From an uncultured Patescibacteria group bacterium (GTDB lineage: Bacteria; Patescibacteriota; Patescibacteriia; UBA2591; CALHIP01): 64,000 nucleotides of DNA. The stretch lies in contig CALHIP010000001.1 in the NCBI GenBank assembly GCA_938030745.1, forward strand, positions 3,817 through 67,816, in the 5' to 3' direction. Shown here piece after piece: positions 9,861 to 17,942 of the stretch (position 1 is its first letter; each line of letters starts with the position of its first letter). The notes below the pieces were generated by a model, which made no database searches, was not told the origin of the DNA, and saw only the letters and a list, made by a program, of their open reading frames with translations. The translations under genes and the position numbers were made by a program.

Positions 9861-10487
9861 TTAAGTTATTATAGATTTTTTTAATTTTTTTTCATTTTTT
9901 ATTATATCGTAGAGACTGCCTATTTCCCAATAATTATTTTTTTTACGAATACCAAGGTCATCATTCTTAATATGATAAACTCTTATTTTAAGATTTTCAA
10001 TACTTTGAGCGGCATTAAGAAAAAATAGACAATTTTCTAATTTATCGTCAGTATAAACAATTTCTTTATATCCTTCTTTTACTTTGTCTTCTAAAATTTT
10101 TGTAATCATTTCCTTAGTCTTTTTATTTGTATTACCAAAATCAAAGGTGCTAATAATTTCTTTAAAATAAGGTCTAATATCAAATAATCCTTTTTTTAAA
10201 AAATATTCAGCCCGCCAATCAATTTGTTCTTTATTACCGGTAGTAAAAACAATGTTATTTTTTGTCCAAGACAAAACTTTTTTAAAACCTTTAGCAATTT
10301 TTAACTTAAAGAGACCTTCTCTGTAAGGTCTTTCATAGGCTCGTTCATAATCAAGTGGCGAAATAGTTTTTAAATCATAACCAAGTGATTCAACATATTG
10401 ATCATAATTTTCAAAACCAGTACTTTTATCCCATTCTTCAGGAAACAAAGTATTAGCCAAATCCCAAATGTACAATCTCTTACTCAT
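9861..10487 (-). CDS. HAD-superfamily-like hydrolase (variant motif I), hypothetical
   Basis: N-terminal LYIWDLANTLF resembles HAD motif I (FDLDNTL) with the second Asp replaced by Ala. FTTGN fits motif II and VYTDDKLEN fits motif IV. The assignment is tentative. Confidence 0.35.
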   Translation of the reverse strand: MSKRLYIWDLANTLFPEEWDKSTGFENYDQYVESLGYDLKTISPLDYERAYERPYREGLFKLKIAKGFKKVLSWTKNNIVFTTGNKEQIDWRAEYFLKKGLFDIRPYFKEIISTFDFGNTNKKTKEMITKILEDKVKEGYKEIVYTDDKLENCLFFLNAAQSIENLKIRVYHIKNDDLGIRKKNNYWEIGSLYDIIKNEKKLKKSIIT

Positions 10488-10537
10488 TGATCAAAAGAGA
10501 AATGATTAATCAATTAAACTTAAAAGAAGTGAATACT

Positions 10538-10637
10538 TTATTTTAATTTTTTAACTACTCCCTTATTTGCATCAACTTCAACCAAATCTCCATCTTTTAG
10601 GACTTTTGTAGCAATTTTTGTAAAGATTTTTAAAAAG
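10538..10637 (-). pseudogene. Orphan 3'-terminal remnant of a swivel-domain paralog fused behind the ATP-grasp gene
   Basis: 10549-10625 is nearly identical at the nucleotide level to the last ~80 bp of paralogs 3620, 5253 and 12133. It encodes ...TKIATKVLKDGDLVEVDANKGVVKKLK. There is no upstream swivel domain. Confidence 0.6.
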
Positions 10638-11579
10638 CTATAACGTAGTGATCGGTCTTGACTGAACGATGTAGAATTTCTTTTTTTCATAAGCCCACTC
10701 AATATCGCAAGGAAAACCATAATGATCTTCAATTTCTTGACAGATCTTTGCTAACTCTAAAATTTTTTGATTTGGTAAACATTGTTTACTGGCAATCTTT
10801 TTTGGTACTTTAACAATCTTTGTTTTAGCGCCAACCCTAATTATTTTTGTTCTTTGCTCATTAATATTAATATCTATAATTTTCGGCTCTTTCCCTTTTT
10901 CTATAACATAAGTATCAGGAGTAACTTGACCAGAAACAACTGATTCACCCAATCCCCAACTTGCTTCAATAACCATCTGAGTTTGGTCACGAGTAACTGG
11001 ATGAACGGTAAAAGCTACACCAGCTACCTCTGATTCAACCATTTTTTGGACAACAACCGCCACTGAAACTTGTTTGCCATGCAATTTTTTTTCAATCCGA
11101 TAAAAAATTGCTCTTGGTGTAAAAAGTGATGACCAACATTTTTTAACTGTTTCAACAACCTTTTTTCGATCAACTCCTAAATAACTTTCTAATTCACCAG
11201 CCCAGGAAGCAACTCTTGAATCTTCAGCGGTAGCAGACGAACGAACAGCTACATACTTAGCGGATAGTTTATCAAAAGCAGATAAAATTTCTTTTTGAAT
11301 ATCTTTTGGTACTTCATATTGACTAATTATTCCCCTTAAAAATTTTGAAACTTTTTCTACGGTAGAAACTTTTTTAGGATTAACCTTCTTTAGTTGAGCA
11401 TCAATTTCAACATCGATATGATAATTTCTAATAAAATCTTCAAAAGCTTGACTTAAAACAACAAAACCTGGTGGAACAGGAATACCAACTTTAGTCATTT
11501 CTCCCAAAGAAGCTCCTTTCCCACCGGCAATTTTTATATCTTTCATATCCAATTCCTCAAATTTTTTTATAAATTTCAT
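10638..11579 (-). CDS. Stand-alone PPDK_N-type ATP-grasp nucleotide-binding domain protein (PEP synthase / rifampin-phosphotransferase N-domain family)
   Basis: MKFIKKFEELDMKDIKIAGGKGASLGEMTKVGIPVPPGFVVLS...VAVRSSATAEDSRVASWAGE...FPCDIEWAYEKKKFYIVQSRPIT. This aligns with the N-domain of the ppsA at 15510..17909. It stops after the ATP-grasp domain at 313 aa. Confidence 0.8.
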   Translation of the reverse strand: MKFIKKFEELDMKDIKIAGGKGASLGEMTKVGIPVPPGFVVLSQAFEDFIRNYHIDVEIDAQLKKVNPKKVSTVEKVSKFLRGIISQYEVPKDIQKEILSAFDKLSAKYVAVRSSATAEDSRVASWAGELESYLGVDRKKVVETVKKCWSSLFTPRAIFYRIEKKLHGKQVSVAVVVQKMVESEVAGVAFTVHPVTRDQTQMVIEASWGLGESVVSGQVTPDTYVIEKGKEPKIIDININEQRTKIIRVGAKTKIVKVPKKIASKQCLPNQKILELAKICQEIEDHYGFPCDIEWAYEKKKFYIVQSRPITTL

Positions 11580-12132
11580 AGTTTAAATTTAATTATTTTC
11601 GGCAAAATTTTTTTCTTTAATCTAGCAATCAATTATTTATTAAGATTTAATTCTAGTAAGGGTTTGACTGATTTAATCAAAATTTTTAAATCATTATTTA
11701 GAGATTTTAGATCATATCTCGACAATTTCCCGATACTTCTGCCAATTAATCAAATCATTTTTCAATAAGGTACAATAAACCCTTCTCGACTTTTTGGTAT
11801 ATTTTTTAATTTTTTCTACTGAATGAAAATTTATGAAAATAATTTTTCTCTAAGGGTTACTAAAAATCTTTAGCATACCATTCAGTTAAATTCCAAAGAT
11901 CAATATAAAAATGTTTAAAAACTTTTTCTCCATCAATAACTTAAAAACCCTTCTTCTCACCTCTATAGCTACTGTTTGGCGAGGAATTTTTGAGCTAATT
12001 CCTTATTTTCTATTATATTCGAAACAAAATTCTCAGTCAAGCTTTGATATTTTTCTTATTACAAATAAAAGTTGGTAGACAATTTTCCTAAAAAAGCAAA
12101 TATATATGTCGGCTTTTTGTATAGATCAAGAG

Positions 12133-13599
12133 TCATCTTTTTTTTATAATCTTCACCACTCCCTTATTCGCATCAACCTCAACCAAATCTCCATCTTTTA
12201 AAACTTCAGTGGCAATTTTTGTGCCAATAATACAGGGTTTGTTTAATTCTCTTGAGACAATGGAAGCATGGGAAGTTATACCTCCTTCATTAGTAACAAA
12301 AGCAGAGGCGCGTTTCATAATCGGAACAAAATCAACTGAAGTCATTGTTGTAACAATAATATCACCATCTTTAAATTTATGAAAATCTGAACTTCCTAGA
12401 ATAATTTTAGCGATTCCTTTCACTTTTCCTTTATTAGCAATCATACCTTTTATTTCTTTTACTTTGATTACTTTTTCTTTTTTAGGAATCACTATCTCTT
12501 TTAAAAATAATTTAACAATTTTTGGAGGAAGTAATCTAAAACCTTGTTTATTATTTGCATATTCTAAACCGGTAACCTTTCTCTTTGGTAAAACCTTTAA
12601 AACCTTTTTATCATTTTTGTAATATAATTTTTCAATCTCTGCTGGAGTTAATTTCCAAATCTCTTTCCATGATGATAAATTAAATTTATGAGCAATTTCT
12701 TGAAAAAGGGGTCGATAGGCTAAACTGGCTCGAGAAAAAACATTTTTTCGCCACTCATTAAGGTATGTTCCTATTTGAAGGGATAAGGCAATCTGAAGAA
12801 TTCTTGGATTATTGATTTTCTTTAAAATTTTATTTCGTTCTTTAATTTTTATTTGATGTGATTTTAGTAAAATTTTTATCTCTTTTTGACAATTAATTTT
12901 AAGAATTTCTTTAATTTGAGAAAAAATATCATCAATACTCCATGGCTCTTCATTGAAATTTACTGGGATATGACTATATTTTCTTCTATAAAGTTCAACC
13001 ATTTCATTAATTTTTTCATTTTCTTTAAAATTCTTGATCTCATTTTCTTGAATATATCTACCAATTTTGAGTAAAGAAAGTTGAGAATTAAAAAGAGGCG
13101 TGCGTTCTTTGGGATAAGTAATTTTACTTGCTATAAATTCAATCTCTTGTTTATTTTTTAAAGGATAGAGTTTTGCAAGTTCTTCAATTAAGAGTTCGTG
13201 CATTATTCTTCCTAGAGTAGCAGTTAAGGGTAAAGAAGGTGTAAATTTTTCGTATGCTTCTATAAATTCACGATAAGTTTTTAAAGAAAAATCTTTCTCA
13301 ATTTTTTTAGATGCTTCAAGTAATTTATTACCATAATTTTTATATATTTTTTTGAGACTTTTTATTCTAGGTGAAAGACAAAGTTGAGTAACGCTATTTC
13401 CAAAATTTCTCAATATTTCTTCATTGTTAAAAATTGTTGTCCGAGTACCATTTTCAGTAATAATTGGAATTTGATAGCGAGGGGAAACGCCGAAATTTTT
13501 TGCATATCTAACAACACCCATTGTCTCACAACAATCATGAAAAAATGACATATTCCGAGTGACAAAAACTTCCCAATTTTTGTTTTTATATCTAATCAT
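12133..13599 (-). CDS. PEP-utilizing-enzyme swivel domain protein, paralog 5
   Basis: C-terminus reads AFVTNEGGITSHASIVSRELNKPCIIGTKIATEVLKDGDLVEVDANKGVVKIIKKR. 488 aa with a divergent N-terminal domain. Confidence 0.75.
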   Translation of the reverse strand: MIRYKNKNWEVFVTRNMSFFHDCCETMGVVRYAKNFGVSPRYQIPIITENGTRTTIFNNEEILRNFGNSVTQLCLSPRIKSLKKIYKNYGNKLLEASKKIEKDFSLKTYREFIEAYEKFTPSLPLTATLGRIMHELLIEELAKLYPLKNKQEIEFIASKITYPKERTPLFNSQLSLLKIGRYIQENEIKNFKENEKINEMVELYRRKYSHIPVNFNEEPWSIDDIFSQIKEILKINCQKEIKILLKSHQIKIKERNKILKKINNPRILQIALSLQIGTYLNEWRKNVFSRASLAYRPLFQEIAHKFNLSSWKEIWKLTPAEIEKLYYKNDKKVLKVLPKRKVTGLEYANNKQGFRLLPPKIVKLFLKEIVIPKKEKVIKVKEIKGMIANKGKVKGIAKIILGSSDFHKFKDGDIIVTTMTSVDFVPIMKRASAFVTNEGGITSHASIVSRELNKPCIIGTKIATEVLKDGDLVEVDANKGVVKIIKKR

Positions 13600-13809
13600 A
13601 AGGTTGCAATTGATCGGCTTTGAACTATGTAAAGCTTATTCTTTTCCAAGGCCAATTCGATGTCTTAAGGTAATTTATAATGTTTTTCTATTTTTTCACA
13701 CAAATTAGACGATTCTAAGATTTTTTCATTACTTAAGACCTGTTTTGGTTGAAGTTTTAGTACCGCTAATGTCTTTGTTGTATCGACAAATTCTCTTAAT
13801 CATTGTTTT

Positions 13810-14340
13810 CTAGATGTTAACATTAATATCAATAATTTTGTTTTTTTTATCAACCACGTAAGTATCTGGCGTTACCTTACCTGCTACCACATTCTCTTCT
13901 AACTCACGGTTTGCCTCAATCACAAGTTGGTTCTTATCTTTGGTTACTGAAACTACGCCAGCAACTTCGCTTTCAATCAGTTTTTGAACTAATACTGCCA
14001 CTTCACCGGCCCAGGAAGCTAATTTTGAATCTTCAGCTGTGGCCGAGCTTCTTACTACCACATACCTTGCCTTTAATTGATCAAATCATTCCAAAATTTC
14101 TTTCTTTATATTTTTGCTGCTAAAATAAGATTTCTGATCAGTTTAGAAGTCATTTCTACTGTCGCAATTTCTTTTGGATTAACTTTCTTTATTAAGGCAT
14201 CAATCTCAACATTAATATCACTTTCTTTCAAAAACTTGACTTAAAACAACAAAACCTGGTGGAACAGGAATACCAACTTTAGTCATTTCTCCCAAAGAAG
14301 CTCCTTTCCCACCAGCAATTTTTATGTCCTTTTTTGTCAA
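13810..14340 (-). pseudogene. Decayed duplicate of the PPDK_N ATP-grasp domain gene
   Basis: 14225-14325 is nearly identical to 11440-11540, the 5' end of gene 10638..11579. It reads KKFEELTKKDIKIAGGKGASLGEMTKVGIPVPPGFVVLSQVFE, but the start ATG is changed to ACA, there is an in-frame stop soon after, and there are further frameshifts. Fragment 13810..14061 still encodes VRSSATAEDSKLASWAGE. Confidence 0.7.
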
Positions 14341-14368
14341 CTCTTCAAATTTTTTAAATTTTTAAAAA

Positions 14369-14968
14369 TTAAAGAATAATAACTTGAGAAATATTACCCA
14401 CCAATTCTTTGAATTTTTCTGGATCACCTGAAATTTCGGAAAAAGTGCCGTAGTGCATGGGGATGACTTTTTTTGGTTTAATCATTTTAACTGCTTCAGC
14501 AGCCTCTTCTTCATTCATTGTATAAGTGCCACCGATCGGTAAAAGAGCTAAATCAATTTCACCTAATTCAGCCATCTCTTTAATTTTGTCAGTATCACCG
14601 GCATGATAAATTTTTTTACCAGAAATTTCTAAAACGAAACCAACACCTTTACCTTTCGGATGAAATGGCTTAGCCAAATTATAGGCTGGAACAGCTTTTA
14701 TCTTTATTCCATTGACTTCTTTTTCTTCACCTTCTTTGATATTTTCACCACCTACTAAAACTTCAGTTTCTGTTTTTGAAAGAATCTCAATTGACTTCTC
14801 ATCTTTATGATCGAAATGATCGTGAGTAACCAAAATCAAATCTGCTTTCTCGCCAAAAGAGAGATTATAAGGATCAACATAAATGACTATTTGTGGAGTT
14901 TTAATCTTAAAACTTGCATGACCTAACCAGGAAATTTCCAAATTGTCTAAATTAATTGTTTTAGCCAT
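14369..14968 (-). CDS. Metallo-beta-lactamase-fold metal-dependent hydrolase (UPF0173-like)
   Basis: LGHASFKIKT...ILVTHDHFDH is the HxHxDH motif. 199 aa. Confidence 0.7.
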   Translation of the reverse strand: MAKTINLDNLEISWLGHASFKIKTPQIVIYVDPYNLSFGEKADLILVTHDHFDHKDEKSIEILSKTETEVLVGGENIKEGEEKEVNGIKIKAVPAYNLAKPFHPKGKGVGFVLEISGKKIYHAGDTDKIKEMAELGEIDLALLPIGGTYTMNEEEAAEAVKMIKPKKVIPMHYGTFSEISGDPEKFKELVGNISQVIIL

Positions 14969-14992
14969 ATTTTAAAGATTTAATGAAAAATA

Positions 14993-15077
14993 CGGAGGGT
15001 GTGGGAATCGAACCCACAAACCCCTTTCGGGGTCCACGCTCTCCAGGCGTGTGCCTTACCATTCGGCGCAACCCTCC
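14993..15077 (-). tRNA. tRNA-Ser (anticodon GGA)
   Basis: Reverse complement reads GGAGGGTTGCGCCGAATGGTAAGGCACACGCCTGGAGAGCGTGGACCCCGAAAGGGGTTTGTGGGTTCGATTCCCACACCCTCCG. Cloverleaf with a long variable arm and anticodon loop CTGGAGA. CCA is not encoded. Confidence 0.85.
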
Positions 15078-15193
15078 TTTTCTAATTATATTTTAATTAA
15101 ATTTTTAAAAAAATCAATTCTTTTTTATTTTCTGCCCTTCCATATTAATGTGTTAACACACTGAATGAGGATTTTTTTGCTCTAATAAAACAT

Positions 15194-15227
15194 AAAAAAA
15201 CGGTCCGGATTAAATTCCGGACCGACT
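15194..15227 (-). terminator. Rho-independent terminator hairpin
   Basis: Perfect 9-bp stem CGGTCCGGA-TTAAAT-TCCGGACCG. On the minus strand it is followed by a T7 run, just downstream of ORF 15239..15442. Confidence 0.6.
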
Positions 15228-15238
15228 AAAAATAATTG

Positions 15239-15442
15239 TTAACACCATCTTCTTAATTGAGGGTTGTTTAGATAGGTTTGGCCACGGCCACTTCCTCCTT
15301 TATTATTTTGCCTTAATTTCTTTTGCCTTAATTTCTTCTGAATTTTTCCCATCCATCTTCTATGTTGTCGTGAACGAGGATTAAATTTTTCTCCATATAT
15401 TTCTTCAAAAATTTCTAATTCTTCTTGTGTTGGTTTTTTCAT
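15239..15442 (-). CDS. Small basic hypothetical protein (67 aa)
   Basis: Good Shine-Dalgarno sequence (AAGGAGGAAGAA) before the ATG and a terminator hairpin downstream. Arg/Lys-rich. Contains a direct DNA repeat (15311-15343) encoding KKLRQKKLRQ. Confidence 0.4.
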   Translation of the reverse strand: MKKPTQEELEIFEEIYGEKFNPRSRQHRRWMGKIQKKLRQKKLRQNNKGGSGRGQTYLNNPQLRRWC

Positions 15443-15509
15443 TTCTTCCTCCTTTTTAATAATATTTTTGAATACTTTTTACCCCAAAAACGGGTAATTA
15501 TTTTAGGTT

Positions 15510-17909
15510 TTATCTCATAATTTCCTCCTTTTTATTTTTTTCTGTTTTTAAAACTTCAAGGGTGGTCTTTAACACTGTATCTGGATTTAAGGAAATTGAA
15601 TCAATTCCTTCTCTCACTAAAAATTTAGCAAAATCAGGAAAATCAGATGGTGCTTGACCACAAATACCAACTTTTCGGCCATATCGATGAGCAGTTTTAA
15701 TTAACTGACGAATAAGTTTTTTAATTGCCTCATTTCTTTCATCAAAAAGATGAGCCACCAGTTCTGAGTCACGATCAAGACCAAAAGTAAGTTGAGTTAA
15801 ATCATTTGAACCAATTGAAAAACCATCAAAAATTTTTGAAAATTCTTCAGCTAAAATAATATTTGAAGGAATCTCTGCCATCACATAAATTCGAAGCGGT
15901 CTTAAATTTTTTATTTTTTTTCTTAAGCCAAATGAATCAATAATTTTAATTACCATTTTTCCTTCTTCTGGTGTCCGGCAAAATGGGATCATCACTATCA
16001 CATTATCTAAGCCAAAAACTTCGCGAACTTTTTTAATAGCCAAACATTCCAACCCAAATGCTTCTTTAAACTTTTCATCATAATATCTCGAAGCACCGCG
16101 CCAACCAATCATTGGATTTGCCTCTTTTGGTTCATATTGGCTACCGCCAATTAAATTAGCATACTCATTGGTTTTAAAATCGGAAAATCGAACAATTACA
16201 TCTTTAGGATAAAAAGCAGAAGCAATTTTGCCAATACCTTCAGCCAATTTGTCAACAAAAAATTGTTTTTTATCTTGATAACCAAAAGTTAATCTATCAA
16301 TTTGTTTTTTTATCTCCTTTGGTTGTTTTTTATAATTAATTAAAGCTAAAGGATGGATTTTGATTTGATTAGCAATGATAAATTCCTCGCGGGCTAAACC
16401 AACTCCATCATTTGGAATAAAAGAAAGAGAAAAAGCCTGATCTGGTTCACCTAAATTCATCATTATTTTCGTTTTTGGTCTTTTAAACTTAGCTAAATCT
16501 ATCTTTTTGATCTTAAATGGAAGAATCCCTTGATAAACAAAACCTTTTTCACCTTCGGCACAAGAAACAGTTACTTCTTGGCCATTTTTTAAAACTTTCG
16601 TTGCTTTCATTGTTCCTACTACACATGGAACACCAATTTCACGGGAAACAATTGCAGCATGAGAAGTCCTTCCTCCAGTATCGGTAATAATTGCTGAAGC
16701 TATTCTCATAATTGGTTCAAAATCAGGGTTGGTTGTTTGAGCAACTAAGACTTCTTTTTCTTTAAAATTGACAAGGTCTTTTATCCTTTTTATTACCCGA
16801 ACTCTTCCTTGGCCAATTTTTGAACCAATAGCTAAACCTTCAAGTAATACCTTCCCTTTTTTCTTTAAAATATATTCTTCTAAAAAATCAATTTTTTTTC
16901 TTGAAACAACTGTTTCTGGTCTAGCTTGCAAAATATAAAGTTTTTTATCTTTACCATCTTTTGCCCATTCAATATCCATTGGCCGTTTATAATGATCTTC
17001 AATTAAGCAAGACCAGCGAGCAAGAGTTAAAATTTCATCTTCTGTTAAAGCAAATTTCCTTTGTTCTTTTTTAAAAACAGGAACATTTTTTGTCCCTTCT
17101 TTTTTATCATAAATTAATTTTTTTTCTTTTTTTCCTATTCTTTTCTCAATGATTGGTCTAAATCCTTTTTTTAAAGTTTTTTCAAAAACATAGTATTGAT
17201 CAGGTTCAACTCTTCCTTTAACCACATTTTCTCCAAGACCATAGGAAGCGTTAATCAAAACAACATCAGCAAAACCAGTTTCGGTATCGCAAGAAAACAT
17301 TACTCCAGAAGAAGCTAGATCAGAACGAACCATCTTTTGAATACCAACTGATAAGGCAACTTTTAAATGATCAAAACCCATATTTTCTCGATAGGAAATA
17401 GCGCGATCAGTAAAAAGAGATGCTAAACACTTTTTAACGGCCGTCAAAAGTTGACTATCTCCTTTGACATTTAAAAATGATTCTTGTTGGCCAGCAAAAC
17501 TTGCCCTTGGTAAATCTTCAGCAGTAGCTGATGAGCGGACCGCTACATCTAAATTTTTTGTTTTATATTTATAAGATAATTTTCGATAAGCTTTAATTAC
17601 TTCTTTTTCTAAATCTTTTGGCAATTCTGTTTTTAAAATTAGATCTCGAATCTGTTTTGATTTTTCTTTTAACTCTTTTATATTTTTAACATTTAAATTT
17701 TTTAAAATTTCTTTAATTTTTTTCTTTAAACCGGTTTTCTCTAAAAATTGCCAATAAAAAAAAGAGGTGGTAGCAAAACCATCGGGAATATTAATTTTTT
17801 TTCCTAAAGCCTTGATCATTTCACCTAAAGAAGCATTCTTTCCGCCAACTAGAGGAACATCTTTAATACTTATCTCTTTAAACCAACAGATCAATTTTTT
17901 CATAATCAA
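15510..17909 (-). CDS. ppsA: Phosphoenolpyruvate synthase (pyruvate, water dikinase), full three-domain form
   Basis: 799 aa. N-terminal ATP-grasp (VAVRSSATAEDLPRASFAGQ), central swivel domain (TDTGGRTSHAAIVSREIGVPCVVG) and C-terminal PEP/pyruvate TIM-barrel domain. Confidence 0.85.
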   Translation of the reverse strand: MIMKKLICWFKEISIKDVPLVGGKNASLGEMIKALGKKINIPDGFATTSFFYWQFLEKTGLKKKIKEILKNLNVKNIKELKEKSKQIRDLILKTELPKDLEKEVIKAYRKLSYKYKTKNLDVAVRSSATAEDLPRASFAGQQESFLNVKGDSQLLTAVKKCLASLFTDRAISYRENMGFDHLKVALSVGIQKMVRSDLASSGVMFSCDTETGFADVVLINASYGLGENVVKGRVEPDQYYVFEKTLKKGFRPIIEKRIGKKEKKLIYDKKEGTKNVPVFKKEQRKFALTEDEILTLARWSCLIEDHYKRPMDIEWAKDGKDKKLYILQARPETVVSRKKIDFLEEYILKKKGKVLLEGLAIGSKIGQGRVRVIKRIKDLVNFKEKEVLVAQTTNPDFEPIMRIASAIITDTGGRTSHAAIVSREIGVPCVVGTMKATKVLKNGQEVTVSCAEGEKGFVYQGILPFKIKKIDLAKFKRPKTKIMMNLGEPDQAFSLSFIPNDGVGLAREEFIIANQIKIHPLALINYKKQPKEIKKQIDRLTFGYQDKKQFFVDKLAEGIGKIASAFYPKDVIVRFSDFKTNEYANLIGGSQYEPKEANPMIGWRGASRYYDEKFKEAFGLECLAIKKVREVFGLDNVIVMIPFCRTPEEGKMVIKIIDSFGLRKKIKNLRPLRIYVMAEIPSNIILAEEFSKIFDGFSIGSNDLTQLTFGLDRDSELVAHLFDERNEAIKKLIRQLIKTAHRYGRKVGICGQAPSDFPDFAKFLVREGIDSISLNPDTVLKTTLEVLKTEKNKKEEIMR

Positions 17910-17942
17910 ATAATTTTAAAAAAAATTCTTCTCTTCTTTTTA

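Noticed and set aside
10538-10732. ORF-track entry of 64 aa as an independent gene
   Set aside because: - Only its last ~25 codons are meaningful (swivel-domain tail).
- The rest overlaps the 3' end of the ATP-grasp gene in another frame.
- It is interpreted as a recombination remnant, not a gene.
3626-12240. Considered whether the repeated ~85-bp 3' segments could be a CRISPR array or other non-coding direct repeats
   Set aside because: - The segments are in-frame coding sequence of homologous genes.
- They are spaced about 1.5-2 kb apart.
- There are no short regular spacers and no cas genes.
15510-17909. Whether the full-length ppsA is just another member of the paralog array
   Set aside because: - It has the canonical three-domain PEP synthase architecture, including the C-terminal TIM-barrel PEP/pyruvate domain.
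- The swivel domain is in the middle.
- It is not a member of the ATP-grasp-less family, although it is evidently related by domain.
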